Shown one piece after another: positions 6,204-10,516 of a stretch of 10,516 bases of DNA (position 1 is its first letter; each line of letters begins with the position of its first letter). Origin of the DNA: an uncultured Verrucomicrobiales bacterium. GTDB taxonomy: Bacteria; Verrucomicrobiota; Verrucomicrobiia; Verrucomicrobiales; DEV007. Position numbers and translations under genes: made by a program. The notes under the pieces are model-generated. The model was given only the letters and a program-made list of their open reading frames with translations. It was not told the DNA's origin and searched no databases. Where the stretch lies: contig CALKOM010000172.1 in NCBI GenBank assembly GCA_938091905.1, positions 1 through 10,516 on the forward strand, given 5' to 3'.

Positions 6204-7879
6204 TGATGATCACCGCATTTACCAAGTGGGCTCTTGCAGGCTTTGTCTTCATGCATTTCGCCATGAACTGCAGTGTCGCCGCACCTGGGGATATCCTGGG
6301 CAGCTTTACCGCAGGCGGTCCCATTTATGCATCGCCGACATTGAGCCCAAATGGAACGATCTATTTAGGGGCCAACGATGCGAAGTGCTATGCCATCACG
6401 CCTTCATCCGACGGCTTGCGACAGAAATGGAGTTACGCTGCTGATGAATGGATAGATTCGACGGCCGCGATTGGACCCGATGGAACGATTTATTTCACCA
6501 CCTACAATTCTACCTTGGTCGCCCTGGATCCGACCAGTGGCAGTGAGAAATGGACGACCACCGTGGGTGCCGAAGACAACGCGCTTGGTGTCATTCGTTC
6601 TTCTCCTGCAATCGGTGCCGATGGGAACATTCTTGTTACGACAAACGCTGGATTCATCCACGCCTTTAATTCCTCGGGAGATCAACAGTGGTCTTTTGAA
6701 ATGGGTGCCGAATCTCGCAGCTCGCCCGCAATCGATGCCAGCGGCAATGTCTACTTTGGCGCAGCCGATGGAAAGCTCTATTGTCTGAACAGCTCGGGGC
6801 AGATGCAGTGGGTTTATGCGGTTGATGAAGCAGGCACTGATACGAGTCGACTTTATTCGTCTCCAGCGATTGATGGTGAAGAGCACATCTACGTCGGCTC
6901 GGGCAATGGCTTTCTGTATTCGCTCACTGCTGCTGATACTCTTCGGTGGAAATATGAGACGCCTGAGGCAGTAGATTCTTCACGGGCAATCGATCAATCA
7001 AACCGGATCTATTTCGGATCAAGGAACAGCTCCATTTACTGCCTTGATCAAAGTGGCAATTTGGAGTGGTCAGCGTTTCTTGGCGATGTCTTCTACAGCT
7101 CACCCGTCATTGATGCCAATGGCTATCTTTATGCCACCTACTTTGGTGGCCAGGGGACGTCCTTTGTCATCGCTTTCGCACCGGGTGGCGTTGAAGCCTG
7201 GCAAACACAGATTGATGCCATTATTGATAGTTCCATCGCGATCGCACCAGATGGTACTTTATACGTCGGTGGATTCGACAGTAACGTCTACGCAATCGAA
7301 GGATCTGGAAGCGGACTGGGCTATGAAAGTGCTTGGCCACGTTTTCGCAAAGACAGTCGAAGCCGCGGCCGAGTGCGGGAAGGAGCGTTACCCTCAATTG
7401 GGACGGCTCTTCAACCAGTCCTGGCTTCTCAAGGAGGAAAGGCTGAATTCTCTATTGATGCTAGTGGGTCTGGTGAGATGAGCTATCATTGGCGCCGGAA
7501 TGGGATGCTGATAGAAGGAAATGATCTTTCGAGCCTCCTCATCAGTGAGGTATCTGGAGATGCCGTTGGCATTTATGACCTTATCCTTAGCAACGGCTTC
7601 GGTGAAGTTCTCACGAAGCCTGTCTATCTTGCGAACTATACGCCACCCGTCTACCACATTGAAAAAGAGAGCTTTGAATTCACGACGCAAATTCGCCACC
7701 CCCAATCAGCCGAGCTAGGCCCTATCAGAATTGAGTATTCAGCTGATCTTCTCAATTGGTCACAAGCCGATGTGGACACAGAAACGGTCTCGTTAGAGGG
7801 CGGGATAGTAGACATCAAAGCAACAATCATTACCTCCAACTTTTCGGCAGGCTTCCTTAGACTGCAGACAGGGAATTAG
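6203..7879 (+). CDS. Secreted PQQ-like (BamB-type repeat) 8-bladed beta-propeller protein with Ig-like domain and C-terminal tail domain
   Basis: Signal peptide, then eight SSPAI.xDGxIYxG...LYAL-type repeats and a WPRFR closure motif. An I-set-like Ig follows (SYHWRRNG...GIYDLILSNGFG), and the C-terminus reads IEYSADLLNW...GFLRLQTGN. The start overlaps the barrel stop (TGATG). Confidence 0.88.
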   Translation: MMITAFTKWALAGFVFMHFAMNCSVAAPGDILGSFTAGGPIYASPTLSPNGTIYLGANDAKCYAITPSSDGLRQKWSYAADEWIDSTAAIGPDGTIYFTTYNSTLVALDPTSGSEKWTTTVGAEDNALGVIRSSPAIGADGNILVTTNAGFIHAFNSSGDQQWSFEMGAESRSSPAIDASGNVYFGAADGKLYCLNSSGQMQWVYAVDEAGTDTSRLYSSPAIDGEEHIYVGSGNGFLYSLTAADTLRWKYETPEAVDSSRAIDQSNRIYFGSRNSSIYCLDQSGNLEWSAFLGDVFYSSPVIDANGYLYATYFGGQGTSFVIAFAPGGVEAWQTQIDAIIDSSIAIAPDGTLYVGGFDSNVYAIEGSGSGLGYESAWPRFRKDSRSRGRVREGALPSIGTALQPVLASQGGKAEFSIDASGSGEMSYHWRRNGMLIEGNDLSSLLISEVSGDAVGIYDLILSNGFGEVLTKPVYLANYTPPVYHIEKESFEFTTQIRHPQSAELGPIRIEYSADLLNWSQADVDTETVSLEGGIVDIKATIITSNFSAGFLRLQTGN

Positions 7880-7963
7880 AAACCTAATATTGTTGCGAGA
7901 CGCGAAGACGGACGCTTTTCCTAAAATCACTGAATCCAAGCGATCTAACATTGGGAAGTTTAT

Positions 7964-10516
7964 ATGAAAGCCACCATGAGAGCGTATTCTCAATCACAGG
8001 AGATCAGTGGATATGGCGTCCAGTATCAAAGGGGTCTTCGTGTGCTGGTCTTATTGTGGTCAGTTTGTGCTTTAAACTGGACCACTTCGGTAAACGCTCA
8101 GGATGACCTGGTCGGCATTTTCGATCAACCTGGGTTCAAACTTGAGACGGACGAGGGGCGAGAGCGGGTGGTCGAAGAACTGCGAGAACGTGGACGGGTT
8201 CGCCGCGACACCGCAACGGCAAAAGCGCGGACCATGGGACTTCCAGCGCGGGTCGTGGGCCCGAATGGAGCGATCCGGGAAATCGCTGGATTTGACGATG
8301 ACGAACCGATTTATTTTTCGACTCACAATACCAGCGCCGCGATCTCCACGAATGCTAAGTTTTTACGCGAGACCTACGAGACGAACGGCGCCGGCGTCAC
8401 GATCGGGATGTGGGATGGCGGTTCAAGCCGGATCTCCCACCAGGAATTCGATGGACGCATGACTGTCGTTGACGGTGCCACCTCGATCGATCACGCCACC
8501 CATGTAGCGGGAACCCTGGCGGCGACTGGGGTGGTCGGCAATGCTTTGGGGATGGCCCCATCGGCTCTCGTCGACAGCTACGACTGGACCGACGACCTTG
8601 CAGAGATGGCTTCTCGTGGTGCCACGGCACCAGGGCAAGCTAACAACCTTTATCTGTCGAATCACAGCTATGGTTTCATTGGCGGCTGGCTCTTCGTTAA
8701 TAACGGTTCCGTTGTTTGGGAATGGTACGGCAATGGAACCGGGGCAACGGCCTTTGAAGAAGATTTCGGAAGGTATCACTCCAGTTCGCGGGATCAGGAT
8801 GCGCTTGCTTTTCAGGCGCCTTATTATTTGATCTTTCGTAGCGCCGGAAATGATAGGGTCGACAATCCGTCGGACGGCCAACCAGTTGCCCTCGCTCCAG
8901 GCGGAGATCCGGTGGCATACAGCGCATCTTCCCATCCTCCTGGCGATGGCAATTATCATGGTGGATTCGATTCCATGGCCTTTTCGGCGGTGTCAAAGAA
9001 TGTCGTGACCGTCGGATCTGTGAGCGACGCTGTTTCCAGAGGCGTGCGAGACTCCTCGGCGGCAATGGTGAGCAGCTTTTCCTCATGGGGCCCAACGGAC
9101 GATGGGCGGGTGAAGCCAGATCTCGTCGCTAATGGTTCGGGACTCTATTCAACTCTTAATGGTAGTGACAGTTCCTACGGAAGTATGAGCGGTACGAGCA
9201 TGGCATCGCCTAATGCAACTGGGACGGCTGGCCTCCTGATAGAACTGTATCGAAGTCTATTTTCGGGAGGAGCGATGCGCTCGAGCACGCTTAAGGGACT
9301 CCTGTTGCACACGGCTGACGATCTCGGCAATATCGGACCGGATTACCGATATGGTTGGGGGCTGATGAATGGGAAAGCTGCGGCCGACCTCATCCACGAC
9401 CACTCCAATTATCCAGCCAAACAAGGCCTGACCGAGGACGAAGTTTCTACTAGCGTAACCACGAAAACGTACCCGTTTGTGTGGGATGGGACTTCCGCCA
9501 TCCAAGCCACCCTTTGCTGGACTGACCCTGCTGGCAATGCCACCTCAACGTCTGACCTGAGAACACCTCGCCTCGTCAACAATCTTGAATTAAGGGTCAC
9601 AGCACCAGACGGTTCCGAGTTCTATCCTTTCGTCATGCCTTTCGTGGGGACGTGGGCGCGAGCCTCCATGGATGCCCCGGCAGTTACAGGCGTCAACCAT
9701 ACTGACAATGTAGAGCAGGTTCTCATTCCCAATCCTCCGTCTGCTGGTTCCTACTCGGCGCGGGTGTCATTCACCGGCAATCTCAACAACGGACCCCAGG
9801 CGTTCTCGCTGTTACTCTCAGGATCGGCGGATGCTGTCCCGCCCCCTCCGCCTCTAGCGATCGATTCTGTTTCGCCCTCATCGGGCCTTGCGGGACTCGT
9901 CACGGTAGATCTCACGGGGACGAACTTTCAAAGCGTCTCAAGCGTGAAGTTGTTTCGGAACGGTGAAACCGATCGAGTAGCCGAATCCGTTCAACTCATT
10001 GGCGAGTCGCTGCGCTGCACCTTCGACATGACGGGAGCCATGACGGGTTTCTGGGATATTTCGGTGGCGAACTCCGATGGCGAGACGGCAACACTAACAG
10101 ACGCCTTCACGATCATCGGCGCCCTCTGGAGCGAGAGTTTCGATGGATCTCCCTCAGAATGGAGTAGCAACCCCACCCGTGGAAACAGCGCTTGGACCCT
10201 GACAACGAGTCAAAGTCACTCGCCCGCCACGTCATACGGCATCAGTGCCCCGTCCTCTCCTACCACGACCTATCTCACTTCACCGTCGATTCTCGTGCCT
10301 TCCAACGCCAATGACCTCCAACTGAAATTCTGGCATCTATTCGACCTTGATGCCAACGGTGACGGCGGTCGGATGCAATACTCCGTCAATGATGGAAGTT
10401 GGACTGACATTGGGACCGATGCCACCTTTGCCAGCAACGGGTACAACACGACAGTTCAGAGGCGCGGTCGCCCCAGTTCTCGGAGCGACTATGCGGGTCA
10501 AGAGGCCTGGTCTGGC
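7964..10516 (+). CDS. Secreted multidomain S8 subtilase (Kp43-like), partial, runs off the 3' end
   Basis: Manually translated frame open from ATG 7964 (851 codons, no stop seen). Catalytic D in IGMWDGG (8414), H in DHATHVAGT (8492), oxyanion N in SAGND (8849), S in SGTSMASP (9197), plus GPTDDGRVKPD. It continues with a jelly-roll (TLCWTDP...DNVEQV), a PPPPP linker (9839-9853), an IPT/TIG-like domain and another beta-sandwich. Confidence 0.93.
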   Translation, partial: MKATMRAYSQSQEISGYGVQYQRGLRVLVLLWSVCALNWTTSVNAQDDLVGIFDQPGFKLETDEGRERVVEELRERGRVRRDTATAKARTMGLPARVVGPNGAIREIAGFDDDEPIYFSTHNTSAAISTNAKFLRETYETNGAGVTIGMWDGGSSRISHQEFDGRMTVVDGATSIDHATHVAGTLAATGVVGNALGMAPSALVDSYDWTDDLAEMASRGATAPGQANNLYLSNHSYGFIGGWLFVNNGSVVWEWYGNGTGATAFEEDFGRYHSSSRDQDALAFQAPYYLIFRSAGNDRVDNPSDGQPVALAPGGDPVAYSASSHPPGDGNYHGGFDSMAFSAVSKNVVTVGSVSDAVSRGVRDSSAAMVSSFSSWGPTDDGRVKPDLVANGSGLYSTLNGSDSSYGSMSGTSMASPNATGTAGLLIELYRSLFSGGAMRSSTLKGLLLHTADDLGNIGPDYRYGWGLMNGKAAADLIHDHSNYPAKQGLTEDEVSTSVTTKTYPFVWDGTSAIQATLCWTDPAGNATSTSDLRTPRLVNNLELRVTAPDGSEFYPFVMPFVGTWARASMDAPAVTGVNHTDNVEQVLIPNPPSAGSYSARVSFTGNLNNGPQAFSLLLSGSADAVPPPPPLAIDSVSPSSGLAGLVTVDLTGTNFQSVSSVKLFRNGETDRVAESVQLIGESLRCTFDMTGAMTGFWDISVANSDGETATLTDAFTIIGALWSESFDGSPSEWSSNPTRGNSAWTLTTSQSHSPATSYGISAPSSPTTTYLTSPSILVPSNANDLQLKFWHLFDLDANGDGGRMQYSVNDGSWTDIGTDATFASNGYNTTVQRRGRPSSRSDYAGQEAWSG

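Noticed and set aside
8072..10176. Several short ORFs on both strands in the track
   Set aside because: All are shadows of the long S8 protease frame.

Overview
Bacterial accessory region; the protein style suggests Verrucomicrobiota (inference). On the left are two divergently transcribed toxin-antitoxin modules: a type II AbrB/VapB + PIN/VapC pair (minus, 426-1102) and a type IV AbiEi/AbiEii pair (plus, 1389-2899). Each has a sigma70-like promoter placed for a leaderless mRNA and overlapped by a candidate operator. The middle (2900-4015) holds a REP-like hairpin and two gene remnants: a frameshifted LacI/GntR-type regulator C-terminus and a truncated esterase N-terminus. At 4016-4104 is an 81-bp internally deleted IS1182-like element flanked by CTAG. 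It supplies an extended -10 promoter, the ATG and the first 12 codons of the next ORF. A plus-strand envelope cluster follows: an acidic-repeat/helical protein, a ~16-strand Slam/DUF560-like outer-membrane barrel, a PQQ-like propeller + Ig protein with a C-terminal 'S-x-DL-xx-W...F-x-R-L' tail, and a modular Kp43-like S8 subtilase that runs off the window and is absent from the ORF track. This cluster is the best candidate for an undescribed export/surface-display system. Family assignments come from motif recognition only; no searches were run.
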